From NCBI GenBank assembly GCA_963782055.1, contig CAWAIF010000003.1, positions 2,688,001-2,752,000 of the forward strand: a stretch of 64,000 nucleotides of DNA, in the 5' to 3' direction. The notes beneath the pieces are model-generated. The model was not told the origin of the DNA, searched no databases, and saw nothing but the letters and a program-made list of their open reading frames with translations. This DNA is from an uncultured delta proteobacterium. GTDB taxonomy: Bacteria; Myxococcota_A; Polyangia; Polyangiales; Polyangiaceae. The position numbers and the translations under genes are program-made. Below, piece by piece: positions 33,829-43,475 of this stretch (within the stretch, counting starts at the first letter, position 1; the number at the start of each line of letters is the position of its first letter).

Positions 33829-33961
33829 AGCCCATGCCGGATTCCATGGCGCAGCCCTGCGCCGCATCATCGCGAGGCATCCCCGCGGCGCGGGCAAGCG
33901 CTTCGAGCGGGAGCTCGGGGCCCGGGTGGGCGCCGTCGCGACGCGGTGGTGCCCGGCGTGA
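33829..33961 (+). pseudogene. Relic of a small IS66-type OrfA/TnpA-like gene; inverted homologue at ~46620-46740
   Basis: Encodes LRRIIARHPRGAGKRFERELGARV, matching VRHMIARHPSGAGERFELELRARV on the minus strand at 46620-46740. IS66 assignment is from recall only. Confidence 0.35.
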
Positions 33962-34036
33962 GGTGCGTCCTCGTCGGCGGTCCGCGACGCTCCACGACTC
34001 GCCGGTCACGGCGCACGATGCGGACGTCCGCCCGCG

Positions 34037-34669
34037 TCACGGGCACACGCCGAGCAGGCGCGCGCTCCAGTAGATGCCGCTGGAGGGCCCGCCCCACGGG
34101 CCGTTCGGTCCGTTCGATGTCGTGTACTCGCGCACGAACGCGCCGCCGGTCGACGCGGAGTCCTCGCCGGTCGGCGGTGTCTTCTGGTAGACGAAGTAGC
34201 GATGGCCGGCCTTCACCGTGATGGGCGGGGTCACGTAGGCGCCGACCCACGTCGGCGTCGCGCTCGTCTCGAGGGGCCCGTAGAAGAGGACCTTGCCCGG
34301 TAGCTCGCAGTCGCTGTCGAGCAGGCCGACGAAGCCGCCCCTGGTGTGCAGCTCGATGCGCTCCACCACGACGTCGACCTGCGGGACGTACTCGAACGCG
34401 GCGCCCGCGCCGTGGACCTTGAGCGAGGGCGGCGCGGTGACGTTGACGCCCTCGCCGCACGCGCCGTAGCTCGAGACGCCCGCGGGCGATGGGTCGCCCT
34501 GGAACCCGCACGGCGCGGCGTCCACCTCCCCATCGACGCCCGGCGCGGCGTCCACGGGCTTCGTGGCGTCCGGCGCGTCCTCGCCCGCGGCGCCGAGCTC
34601 GGTCCGCCCGCCGCAGGAGGCCGCGACGACGGCGAGAGCCGCCATGGCGGCGCCGAGCGTCCGGTGCAT
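34037..34669 (-). CDS. Hypothetical lipoprotein
   Basis: Signal peptide ending AASC-GGRTEL, Asp/Ala linker, globular C-terminal domain. Confidence 0.7.
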   Translation of the reverse strand: MHRTLGAAMAALAVVAASCGGRTELGAAGEDAPDATKPVDAAPGVDGEVDAAPCGFQGDPSPAGVSSYGACGEGVNVTAPPSLKVHGAGAAFEYVPQVDVVVERIELHTRGGFVGLLDSDCELPGKVLFYGPLETSATPTWVGAYVTPPITVKAGHRYFVYQKTPPTGEDSASTGGAFVREYTTSNGPNGPWGGPSSGIYWSARLLGVCP

Positions 34670-34738
34670 TCCCCGATCCTACGTGAGCCCCGCCCGACCG
34701 TCACGGATCCTGCCATCCCGTGCCGGTGCCGGCGACCT

Positions 34739-35401
34739 CTACCGCGCCGGCGAACCGGCCTCGAGCACCGGTGCGAGCGCCCGCTCGAAACGCGACCGGA
34801 GCTCGGGGTCGAAGCCGTCGGCGAGGAGCGCGGCGCCCGCGCGATCGCGAAGTGCGCGCGCGAGCTTCGGGCGCGTCGCTGCCGCGGCGGTGACCTCGTC
34901 CAGGGCGGCAACGAGTGCGTCCGCGTCCCTGGCGTCGAGGGCGAGGCCCACGAGGCGCATGCCCTCGCGGTCCGGGCCGGCTTGCTCCGCCGCGCCGAGA
35001 TCCCACACCGCGTGCACGACGGCGTCAACGAGGCGTTCGGTCTGCGCGTCGAGGACGTACAGCCTCTCGCGCGCGAGCGGAAACGGCGGCGGCCGGCCGG
35101 TGGGGTAGGCGGTGAGCGCGGGGAAGCGGCCGGGAAGCTGGCCGAGGATGCGTTCGACCCGCGCCCGCGTCCAGTGGCGCGGCGGGTCGACGCCGTAGAT
35201 CCCCACGGCGTCGAGGCTCGGCAGCTCCCGGAGCGCCTCGTCCACGACGGTCGCCCACACCTCGCCCTTCGGCGAGACCGGTTCGATCTCCAGGCGGCCG
35301 AAGCCGAGCAGGTACCAGGGCCCTACGAACCGGACCTCGACGAGCGGCGTCTCGGGTTCCTCGGCGAGGGCGACGTGCCAGCAGCGGGTGCGCCGGGCCA
35401 T
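34739..35401 (-). CDS. Hypothetical protein
   Basis: 220-aa ORF with protein-like composition and high-GC3 codons. Confidence 0.5.
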   Translation of the reverse strand: MARRTRCWHVALAEEPETPLVEVRFVGPWYLLGFGRLEIEPVSPKGEVWATVVDEALRELPSLDAVGIYGVDPPRHWTRARVERILGQLPGRFPALTAYPTGRPPPFPLARERLYVLDAQTERLVDAVVHAVWDLGAAEQAGPDREGMRLVGLALDARDADALVAALDEVTAAAATRPKLARALRDRAGAALLADGFDPELRSRFERALAPVLEAGSPAR

Positions 35402-35506
35402 GCGGGATGGTCACACGCGCCGGCGGGCCGGGCAACGGACGCCACACGACGGTGGGTTGTCGGCCGCGTCGAGCGGATGCGACGATGACGCGGTGGAGCC
35501 GGACCG

Positions 35507-36393
35507 ATGAACGCACTGGTGGAGCGCGTGCGCGGGCGTCTCCGCGACGGCATCGAGGTCGAGCGAGCCCTCGAGCTCGCGGGCGATCTCATGGACGCGG
35601 CGTTCCTCGAGTTCGCCGGCACCCGCGAGGAGCTGGCGTACCAGCGCGGCTGGTCCGACGAGCTGATCGCGGTGGAGATGACCGCCGAGGACGCCGCCGA
35701 GCTGCGTCGGGCCCTGGTCGACTTCGTCGCCCGGCGACCACCGGCGACGCAGCTCGCCGCCGCCGTCTTCGTGCTCGGCAAGCACCCCCCAATCCCGCGC
35801 TGGTCTCGCTGGGCATCGGGCTCGTGCGGGAGCACGCCGGGGCCTCCGGAGACCCGGGCGCCCTCTACCAGGCGCTGATCACCCTGGGGAACTGGGGCGA
35901 GCACCTGCCCTACGACTCGTGGTGGGCGGGCGACGAACAAGAGAACCGGCGGCGCGCCCGCCGCTACCTCGCCGGGCTCGACGCGCCGCCGATCGACCCG
36001 CGGGACGCGCGCTTGATGAACGCGGTCGCCGCCTGCGACCTCGGGGAGGTCCGGGCGGCGCTCGCTGCCGGCGCCGACGCCAACGCGGTGATCCCCGTGT
36101 TCGACGACTCCCCGGACCCGCCGAAGCAGCCCGACACGCCGCTAGAGCTGGTCGTCTTCCGCGTCTCCGACGCCATGCTGGACGACGACGATCTGCGCAG
36201 GCTCGCCGAGATCGCCCGGCTCCTGGTCGAGCACGGCGCCGACCCGGCCCCCGCCATGGCGATGGCCGAGCACCGCTACGGCCCGTATGACCCCGACCTC
36301 GAGGGCCGTTCGCCGAGGTCTGGCACGTCGTCGCCCGGGCGACCAGGCGCTGATCCGCCGCCCGCGTTCCAGGCGACCCTCCGGCCTCCCTGA
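35507..36393 (+). pseudogene. Frameshifted ankyrin-repeat protein
   Basis: MNALVERV...VLGKHP shifts frame at the C-run ~35785-35790 into NPALVSLG...VRAALAAGADAN...TPLEL...IARLLVEHGADP. A second shift is possible near 36303. Confidence 0.6.
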
Positions 36394-36588
36394 AGCGGCG
36401 GACCCGGGGTGGTGGTGCTTCTTCGCGGCGATCCTCGGCGGCCTGGTCGCCGCGGTCGTCCGCCGCCGGCCTCACAGGTTCTGCTGAGGAGGCCAATAAC
36501 GCGATCGGTCGCACAACGATCACGGAAGCTTCGCGTCAACGAACGGTCGAAGGCTTCGATGGTTGGGCGGGGCAGCATGGTCGTCTTG

Positions 36589-36609
36589 GGTATCGGATAC
36601 TCCGATACC
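36589..36609. promoter_or_regulatory. Perfect 9-bp inverted repeat (operator-like)
   Basis: GGTATCGGA-tac-TCCGATACC, about 10 bp upstream of a minus-strand ATG at 36578 (MLPRPTIEAFDR...). Confidence 0.4.
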
Positions 36610-37101
36610 AATGTGCCTCCCCCGTCACGGCGCCGTCGGCACGAGGAGAACGCCGGGCGCGACACCTCCCGCGGGGAGATCTTCGAGGCCTTCGTTCTCG
36701 ACGGGGTGTCGGTGCGGCTGGAGAACGGCAAGGTCGTGGCCGAGCTCGGCTTCCAGATGGCGGAGGACCCGGACCACTACGTCACGGTGTACCTGGAAGA
36801 CTGGAAGGACGGCGGCAGCTCCATCGACTCCTGAGGTCCGGGGAAGGCCGGCGGGCGCGCGGTCGGAGCGCGACCCTTCCCACGGGCACGCGCAGCATCA
36901 GGCCGCCGCGGGCGGCGCCTCGGGACTCCCTATTTTCCGCGCGAGGCGACGTAGAACTCCGCCGCCGTCAGGCCGCTCGCCTTCCATTTCCCGACCCGCT
37001 TTGCCCACGTGTCTCGCGTCGACATCCCGTCGAGGAGTACGCGATGCGCCGCTGTACTTCATGAACGTGGTTGGTCGAACGGATACGATCTTCAGGCGCC
37101 A

Positions 37102-37515
37102 CTACTCCTGGTCTGGGAACACCTCGATCGCGAGACGTACGCCAAGGCGAGCCATTTCCGTCATGCAAGCATTCGAAATGATGAACCCCGCATTCTCGCG
37201 CCCAACCAACCCCAGGTAAAGCTCGCAACTGCCACCGGTCTCTACAAAGTTGTGCAACCATTGCTCGTTCTCCCCCAGGCGACGTGTCCATTCGCCAATC
37301 AGCTGCTCCATGTCACATGGCTTGGACAGTTCGCCACACCAGTACGTTTCTCCGTATCGACCTGTCAAGGGGCGATCCTTTGGGGTTCGCCGCTCAGTTC
37401 CAGCTCTCCAAGAAAAACGAGGCTGAAGGCCGAGCCTACTTGTGACTTCTTCTGGGGCTATGCTCGGGTGCGTCAGGCGACAGGCGACGCTGTTGGGAGG
37501 GCATCTCGATATCAT
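37102..37515 (-). CDS. DUF4279-like putative immunity protein
   Basis: HPSIAPEEVTSRLGLQP..SWRAG..R.TP....L.GRY.ETYW pattern; ATGA overlap with the upstream toxin-tip ORF; more A/T-rich than host genes. Confidence 0.7.
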   Translation of the reverse strand: MISRCPPNSVACRLTHPSIAPEEVTSRLGLQPRFSWRAGTERRTPKDRPLTGRYGETYWCGELSKPCDMEQLIGEWTRRLGENEQWLHNFVETGGSCELYLGLVGRENAGFIISNACMTEMARLGVRLAIEVFPDQE

Positions 37516-37753
37516 GGAATGTAATCTTTAACTGGGCCATTATCGATAGCGTTACCTTCGCCATCTCCAGTGATCACGTGTCCATCCGGACTTATCCCGG
37601 CCCAATCCTTTGGTTCTGCCAAGACTCCCTCCTTGATGTTTCTTTGATGTTGTTTAGTCCATGGTGTCTGATTGATAGGCTTCGTCCCGGTCGGGCAGCC
37701 CTTCGGCTTGGCTCCCTTGGATCGTGATTGGGGCGTCTCAGCGAGCAAGCCAA
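37512..37753 (-). pseudogene. Orphan polymorphic-toxin C-terminal tip, 5'-truncated at repeat R1
   Basis: GCPTGTKPINQTPW...IKEGV...KDWAGISPDGHVITGDGEGNAIDNGP resembles RHS-type C-terminal domains; no delivery domain; begins at the repeat junction. Confidence 0.55.
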
Positions 37754-37804
37754 GCGCATAGGAAATCCTAGCGCGGTCGGGCGCGAAAGTTTACGAAATC
37801 CATC
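37754..37804 (-). repeat. oriIS-like 100-bp repeat R1 (left half only; interrupted)
   Basis: gcgcataggaaatcctagcgcggtcgggcgcgaaagtttacgaaatccatc, identical to the left half of R2. Confidence 0.9.
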
Positions 37805-39007
37805 TTGGACGAAGCCGCTGCGCGGCAGCGTGGCTCCGCATCAAGCACGCTGGCGAGCCGGGAGCCTCGCGAGCGTGTGCGCGCTGGCGAGTCCGCCTCG
37901 TAGCCCTCGCGTGCCGTGACGCGGGCGATCCTGCGGCGCGCGCCGCCCGCTCGTGGGCGCGCGCGGAGCCAAAGGAGGCCGCGATGGGTGCGAAGCGAAG
38001 ACTGCGGGACACGATGAGCGAGGACCTCGCGCTGCGAGGGATGAGCGCCAACACGATCGCCACGTACGTGGGTGCGTGAGGCGGTTCGCGCAGTACCACG
38101 GGCGGTCGCCGTGCGCGCTGGGGGCGGCGGAGATCCGTGCGTTCCTCTTGCACCTGGTGGCGGAGCGCAGGCTGGCGGCGCTGACGGTCAACGTGCACGC
38201 GGCCGCGCTGAGGTTTCTCTACGAGGTGACGCTGGAGCGGCCGGAGGCGACGCTGGGGGATGGCGCGCATGCGGGTGCCGATGCACGTGCCGGTGGTGCT
38301 GACGAGCGCGGAGGTGGCGCGGCTGCTCGCGGCGCTCACGAGCCACAAGCACCGGGCCCTGGTGATGCTCGCCTACGGGGCGGGGCTGCGCGTGAGCGAG
38401 GTGTGCAAGCTCCGGGTGGACGACATCGATCCGAAGCGGATGCTCCTGCACGTGCGGCACTCCGCCAGCCACGCCACCACGCGCCTCGAGACCGCTCGCC
38501 GCAGACTGGGTCCGCACGCGGCGCCCGCTGCGCGACCGGTGCGCCGTGTCGACGCCGCCGACCTGCTGCTGCGAATCGCGGGCATCGACCTGCACCGCTG
38601 CCCCGCTTGCCACACGCCTGCCCTCGTGCGTACCGCGCTGCCGGAGCCCCGAGCTCGCGACCCGCCGGGGGCCGCATGATCTCCCCGCGTCGTGCTCCAC
38701 TGCGCTCGCTCCACGAGTGCGGCCCAGGCCCCTGTCCATCCACGCCACGAAAACCCGGCCTCCGAGCACGCACGGCTGCCCGCTGCGCGCTCCGGGACGC
38801 CCGCGTCGAGCGCCGTCCCGCCGCCCGCTCCGCACCTCGCGCACCCGCGCCCGTGACCCACACGCCGCCAACTTCCCCATAGGGCTCCGAGGCCACCGCC
38901 TCGCCGCTGCCGCGCACCGGCTTCGTCCAACCGTCGATTTCGCGACCGCGCACCCGCGCCACGCGACCGGCGTCACGACCCGGCGCGCTCACGCAATCGA
39001 CTCTTAC
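37805..39007 (+). mobile_element. Internally deleted copy of the integrase + Y2-transposase element
   Basis: Near-identical to 40949-43469 except for a ~1.3-kb deletion joining int (cgtgcggcac) to late tnp (tccgccagcc) at a GCAC microhomology. int is frameshifted at G-runs ~38070 and ~38255. Both ends are intact. Confidence 0.9.
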
Positions 39008-39016
39008 TTATGGTAA

Positions 39017-39432
39017 ATGCCGCGCCGCATCATCGCTGGCGTGCGGTTCCTCGACGCGCGAGCCACGGTGGTCGGGCACTTCCCTGCTCGTCAGGAGGTG
39101 ATCGAGCTGGCCGCGGACGTCACCGTCTTCCTCCGGCGGCAGCTCAACCAATGGAAGAGCGCGCGAGGGTACGGGCGTCGCGTCCAGGGTCAGCAGGGTG
39201 AGCGGTGGGCGGCCGCGCTCGGCCTCTCCCGCGACGCCGACCTGTGCGACCGACTGGAGCGCTGGTGGGGGACGGGCGAGGTCGCGCTCCAGGAGGTGAC
39301 GCGGGACGGCGGCGCGGTGCTCAGCCCGGCCCGCTTCGACGAAGGCTTCGACGGTCGCTTCACCTTCCTTTGGACGACCAGCCAAGCCCAGCTCCAGCGC
39401 TACGCGCGTCAGCTCCAGCTCGATCCCGAGGC
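39017..39432 (+). other. Probable gene fragment of unknown function, ending at the 121-bp repeat
   Basis: Protein-like ORF (MPRRIIAGVRFLD...QLQLDPE) that reads into the repeat. Confidence 0.35.
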
Positions 39433-39553
39433 TGAGCCTCCCCGAAGACGAGGAGATGGTAGCATCGAGGGTGCGTACGGGGCCCGCGGGCGGCGCAACC
39501 GGACATGATGGATGCTAGCGAACCCAGATCGAGGGCCAATCTGGCTTATCCAC
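39433..39553 (+). repeat. 121-bp direct repeat, copy A
   Basis: tgagcctccccgaagacgaggagatggtagcatc...gagggccaatctggcttatccac; about 3 mismatches versus copy B. Confidence 0.9.
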
Positions 39554-39579
39554 TTCGCCAATGGTGAGGAGGTTTTCGC

Positions 39580-39972
39580 ATGGAGATCAAGGCGCTGCTC
39601 GGGGCGGAAGATCCGGGGGAGCTCGCCGAGGCGGCGATGGACCTCGCCGACGCGCTGGCGGCGCTCGCCGACGCGAAGGGCCGGCCGGGGCTCGCGCCGC
39701 CGGTGGACGTCGCGTACCGCGTGGTGCTTGCGGACGGCGCGATGAACAACGATGGCGCCCGAGCGCTCATCGATTCCGGCATCCCCGCGGAGGAGCTCCT
39801 CTCGGCGCTGCGCGAGATCGGCGCGCCGAAGATGGCCGAGATTCTCGCTGGCGCCCTGGCCGAGCCCGACGACGCCGCGGCGCTCGACCGGTGGAGCGCC
39901 TATCCGGACTACCTCGAGGGGCTGCTCGTCGACTGGGTGACCCGCCATCGCGCGGCGTTCGAGTCCGCGTAG
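39580..39972 (+). CDS. DMP19/DUF4375-like acidic protein (possible immunity protein or DNA mimic)
   Basis: GAGGAGG RBS; DGAMNNDG, ALREIGA, LEGLLVDWVTRHRAAF pattern. Confidence 0.6.
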   Translation: MEIKALLGAEDPGELAEAAMDLADALAALADAKGRPGLAPPVDVAYRVVLADGAMNNDGARALIDSGIPAEELLSALREIGAPKMAEILAGALAEPDDAAALDRWSAYPDYLEGLLVDWVTRHRAAFESA

Positions 39973-40070
39973 CGGCCCTCGCCAGCTGGAACGCGAAGGG
40001 CCAGACCGCGTCCGGTCCGGCGGGTGCGCCCCGTGCTGGGCCAGCTATGGCTCCCTGCCGCCCTGCCCCT

Positions 40071-40191
40071 TGAGCCTTCCCGAAGACGAGGAGATGGTAG
40101 CATCGAGGGTGCGCCCGGGGCCCGCGGGCGGCGCAACCGGACATGATGGATGCTAGCGAACCCAGATCGAGGGCCAATCTGGCTTATCCAC
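40071..40191 (+). repeat. 121-bp direct repeat, copy B
   Basis: tgagccttcccgaagacgaggagatggtagcatc...gagggccaatctggcttatccac. Confidence 0.9.
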
Positions 40192-40432
40192 ATCGCGTCC
40201 TTGATCTTGGTCAGCCCCCTTCTGGGCGCACCCCATCGGGGGGCAGCGGCGCGGGTCGTCAGCGCCGCCACGGCTGTCGAAGGTGCCGCGGGGCTCGGCT
40301 CCGCGGTCCTCGACCCCGGGCACCCGGCGCGGCGGAGGCCATGACGCCCGGTCCGCGGCAGTCGACGCCCGCTGGAGGCTGGACAGCCGGCGGACACCCG
40401 TGGTTTTTTCCACGCACTTCGCGAGGTGCTCC

Positions 40433-40915
40433 GTGCACAAGCTGCTTGCAATCTCCCTGGTCGCATCGCTGGCGGCGTGCTCGGGCAGCTCGACCCCGTC
40501 CGGCTCCACGGGCTCGGCCTCGACGAGCGGCTCCGGCACCACCGGCGCGAGCTCCAGCGGCTCCACCGGCACCAGCAGCACCGGCGGGAGCGGTGGCTCC
40601 ACCGGCGGCGTGCCGCCAGGGGGCAAGCGGATCTTCCTCACCTCGTCGACCTACGAGGGCGGCGCGCTGGGCGGGGTCAGCGGCGCGGACCAGAAGTGCA
40701 CCCTCTCGGCCCAGGCCGTGGGCCTGAGCGGCACCTGGATCGCGCTCGTCTCCGGACTGGACCGCATCAGCGACGTCGGCCCCTGGTACCTGCTCGACGG
40801 CACCAAAGTCTTCAACAACAAGGCCGGGCTCTCGACCACGCCGTTCGCGGTGATCAGCATCGACGAGCGCGGCGGCGCGCACGCGGGCGACGAGCAGGCG
40901 CATAGGAAATCCTAG
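40433..40915 (+). pseudogene. DUF1554-like lipoprotein, 3'-truncated at repeat R2
   Basis: LAAC lipobox, Ser/Gly/Thr linker, KRIFLTS...GGVSGADQKC...GPWYLLDG...IDERG; the frame runs into the repeat and stops before the usual WTG half of the domain. Confidence 0.75.
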
Positions 40916-40948
40916 CGCGGTCGGGCGCGAAAGTTTACGAAATCCATC
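40898..40948 (-). repeat. oriIS-like 100-bp repeat R2, left half
   Basis: Together with 43470-43518 it reconstitutes the uninterrupted R3 sequence. Confidence 0.92.
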
Positions 40949-41128
40949 TTGGACGAAGCCGCTGCGCGGCAGCGTGGCTCCGCATCAAGCTCGCTCGCGA
41001 CCCGGGAGCCCCGCGAGCCGTGTGCGCGCTGACGAGCCCGCCTCGTAGCCCTCGCGTGCCGTGATGCGGGCGATCCTGCGGCGCGCGCCGCCCGCTCGTG
41101 GGCGCGCGCGGAGCCGAAGGAGGCCGCG

Positions 41129-41974
41129 ATGGGTGCGAAGCGAAGACTGCGGGACACGATGAGCGAGGACCTCGCGCTGCGAGGGATGAGCGCCAACACG
41201 ATCGCCACGTACGTGGGGTGCGTGCGGCGGTTCGCGCAGTACCACGGGCGGTCGCCGTGCGCGCTGGGGGCGGCGGAGATCCGGACGTTCCTTTTGCACC
41301 TGGTGGCGGAGCGCAGGCTGGCGGCGCTGACGGTCAACGTGCACGCGGCCGCGCTGAGGTTTCTCTACGAGGTGACGCTGGAGCGGCCGGAGGCGACGCT
41401 GGGGATGGCGCGCATGCGGGTGCCGATGCACGTGCCGGTGGTGCTGACGAGCGCGGAGGTGGCGCGGCTGCTCGCGTCGCTCACGAGCCACAAGCACCGG
41501 GCCCTGGTGATGCTCGCCTACGGGGCGGGGCTGCGCGTGAGCGAGGTGTGCAAGCTCCGGGTGGACGACATCGATCCGAAGCGGATGCTCCTGCACGTGC
41601 GGCACACCAAGCGCGGGCGTGAGCGCTACGTGATGCTCAGCGCGAGGCTGCTGGCGACGCTGCGCGCGTACTGGAAGGCGTCACGACCCGCAGGACCGCA
41701 ACTGTTTCCGGGGCGCGTGCCCGGGACGCTCCTCACGCGCGCGGCCGTCCACCGGGCGATCCTCAAGGCGGCGCGGCGCGCGGGCATCACCCGGCGCGTG
41801 TCGCCGCACACGCTGCGCCACAGCTTCGCCACGCACCTGCTCGACGCAGGGACCGACCTTCGCACGTTGCAGGTCTTGCTCGGGCACGCGTCGCTCAGGA
41901 GCACGATGGCCTACCTGCACGTGAGCACCGCCCGCGTGCAGTCGATTCAGAGCCCCCTCGACGCGCTGCCCTGA
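41129..41974 (+). CDS. Tyrosine recombinase (N-terminal SAM-like + XerD-like catalytic domain)
   Basis: GLRVSE (R), TKRGRER (K), HTLRHSFATH (HxxR), LLGH, STMAY (Y); AAGGAGG RBS. Confidence 0.95.
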   Translation: MGAKRRLRDTMSEDLALRGMSANTIATYVGCVRRFAQYHGRSPCALGAAEIRTFLLHLVAERRLAALTVNVHAAALRFLYEVTLERPEATLGMARMRVPMHVPVVLTSAEVARLLASLTSHKHRALVMLAYGAGLRVSEVCKLRVDDIDPKRMLLHVRHTKRGRERYVMLSARLLATLRAYWKASRPAGPQLFPGRVPGTLLTRAAVHRAILKAARRAGITRRVSPHTLRHSFATHLLDAGTDLRTLQVLLGHASLRSTMAYLHVSTARVQSIQSPLDALP

Positions 41975-41980
41975 GCCCCG

Positions 41981-43141
41981 ATGCACCCGTCGTGTGCGCC
42001 CGCGCGCACGCGCGCGGCGCCCATCGAGCTCGCGGACGTGGTGCGCGCCCACGGCGAGGCCTTCGCCGGCGGCCGCGTGCTGCGTCCCGAGGAGCGGTCG
42101 GCGCTGCGGGCGATCGAGCGATGCCGGACCGCCGCGCTGGGCGGACATCTGGACGTGTGCACCGCGTGCGGGCTCGAGCGACCGTCGTACAACTCGTGCC
42201 GCAACCGGCACTGTCCCAAGTGCCAGTCGCTCGCGCAGGCGCGGTGGGTCGCCACGCGGCTCGAGCGCATTCTGCCCGTGCACTACTTCCACGTCGTCTT
42301 CACGCTCCCCGCCGAGCTGCGCGCCGTCGCGCGGCGCTCGCGCGCGCGGGTCTTCGACATGCTCTTCGCGAGCGCGGCCGACACGCTGGCCACCCTCGCG
42401 CGGGATCCGAAGTGGCTCGGCGCCGAGCTCGGCGTCACGATGGTCCTGCACACCTGGACGCGCGCGCTGCTCTTCCACCCCCACGTGCACGCCATCGTCA
42501 CCGGCGGCGGACTCACCGGCGACGCCGCGCGCTGGGTGCGCGCGCGCCGTCGCTTCCTCTTCCCCGTGCGCGTGATGGGCGCGCTCTTTCGCGGCAAGAT
42601 GCTCGCCGCTCTCGAGCGCGCCCACGCGCGCGGCCTCGTCGACCTGGGCGGCGTCGACCTGCTGGCGCTCCGACGCAAGGCCTGGGTCGTCTACGCCAAG
42701 CGACCCTTTGGCGGCCCCGCTCAGGTCATCCGCTACCTCGGTCGCTACACGCACCGCGTCGGCATCTCCAACCACCGCTTCGTCTCGATGGGCGAGCGCG
42801 GCGTCACCTTCCGCACCAGAGACGGCAAGTCGGTCACCGTCCCGGCCGAGGAGCTGCTCGCGCGCTTCGTCCAGCACGTGCTGCCGCGCGGCTTCGTCAA
42901 GATCCGCCACTACGGCCTGCACTCCGCCAGCCACGCCACCACGCGCCTCGAGACCGCACGCCGCAGACTGGGTCCGCACGCGGCGCCCGCTGCGCGACCG
43001 GTGCGCCGTGCCGACGCCGCCGACCTGCTGCTGCGAATCGCGGGCATCGACCTGCGCCGCTGCCCCGCTTGCCACACGCCTGCCCTCGTGCGCACCGCGC
43101 TGCCGGAGCCCCGAGCTCGCGACCCGCCGGGGGCCGCATGA
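41981..43141 (+). CDS. IS91-family Y2 HUH transposase with N-terminal Zn finger
   Basis: CRTAALGG..C..C...YNSCRNRHCPKC; HPHVH HUH motif; YLGRYTH (Y-x3-Y); GFVKIRHYG. Confidence 0.95.
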   Translation: MHPSCAPARTRAAPIELADVVRAHGEAFAGGRVLRPEERSALRAIERCRTAALGGHLDVCTACGLERPSYNSCRNRHCPKCQSLAQARWVATRLERILPVHYFHVVFTLPAELRAVARRSRARVFDMLFASAADTLATLARDPKWLGAELGVTMVLHTWTRALLFHPHVHAIVTGGGLTGDAARWVRARRRFLFPVRVMGALFRGKMLAALERAHARGLVDLGGVDLLALRRKAWVVYAKRPFGGPAQVIRYLGRYTHRVGISNHRFVSMGERGVTFRTRDGKSVTVPAEELLARFVQHVLPRGFVKIRHYGLHSASHATTRLETARRRLGPHAAPAARPVRRADAADLLLRIAGIDLRRCPACHTPALVRTALPEPRARDPPGAA

Positions 43142-43386
43142 TCTCCCCGCGTCGTGTTCCACTGCGCTCGCTCCACGAGTGCGGCGCAGGCCCCTGTCCA
43201 TCCGCGCCACGAAAACCCGCCCTCCGAGCACGCACGGCTGCCCGCTGCGCGCTCCGGGACGCCCGCGTCGAGCGCCGTCCCGCCGCCCGCTCCGCACCTC
43301 GCGCACCCGCACACGTGACCCACACGCCGCCAACTTCCCCATAGGGCTCCGAGGCCACCGCCTCGCCGCTGCCGCGCACCGGCTTC

Positions 43387-43475
43387 GTCCAACCGTCGAT
43401 TTCGCGACCGCGCACCCGCGCCACGCGACCGCCGCCGCGACCCGGCGCGCTCACGCAATCGACTCTTACTTATGC
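43387..43475 (+). other. attC-like imperfect hairpin recombination site
   Basis: GTCCAAC (RYYYAAC), then gtcgatttcgcgaccgcgc ... gcgcgctcacgcaatcgac (inverted pair), then C|TTATGC. Same structure at 38925-39013. Confidence 0.6.

Larger units (their letters stand above)
40949..43469 (+). mobile_element. Tyrosine recombinase + IS91-family (Y2 HUH) transposase element, 2521 bp, with an attC-like right end
   Basis: Boundaries defined by comparison with the empty site in R3 (catc|ttatgcg). Left end 40949-40974 is a 25/26 inverted match to 43367-43392. Confidence 0.9.

Noticed and set aside
36841..36960. gcgcggtcggagcgcga resembling part of the 100-bp repeat, next to a possible transposase C-terminal tip (VLRRLARK...PPAAA*)
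   Set aside because: The match is short and GC-only and lacks the CCTATGC end, so it could be chance.
41129..41974. Classical integron (IntI + attI + cassette array)
   Set aside because: The recombinase seems to lack the IntI-specific insertion and sits inside the mobile unit, and the cargo genes are not each followed by attC sites.
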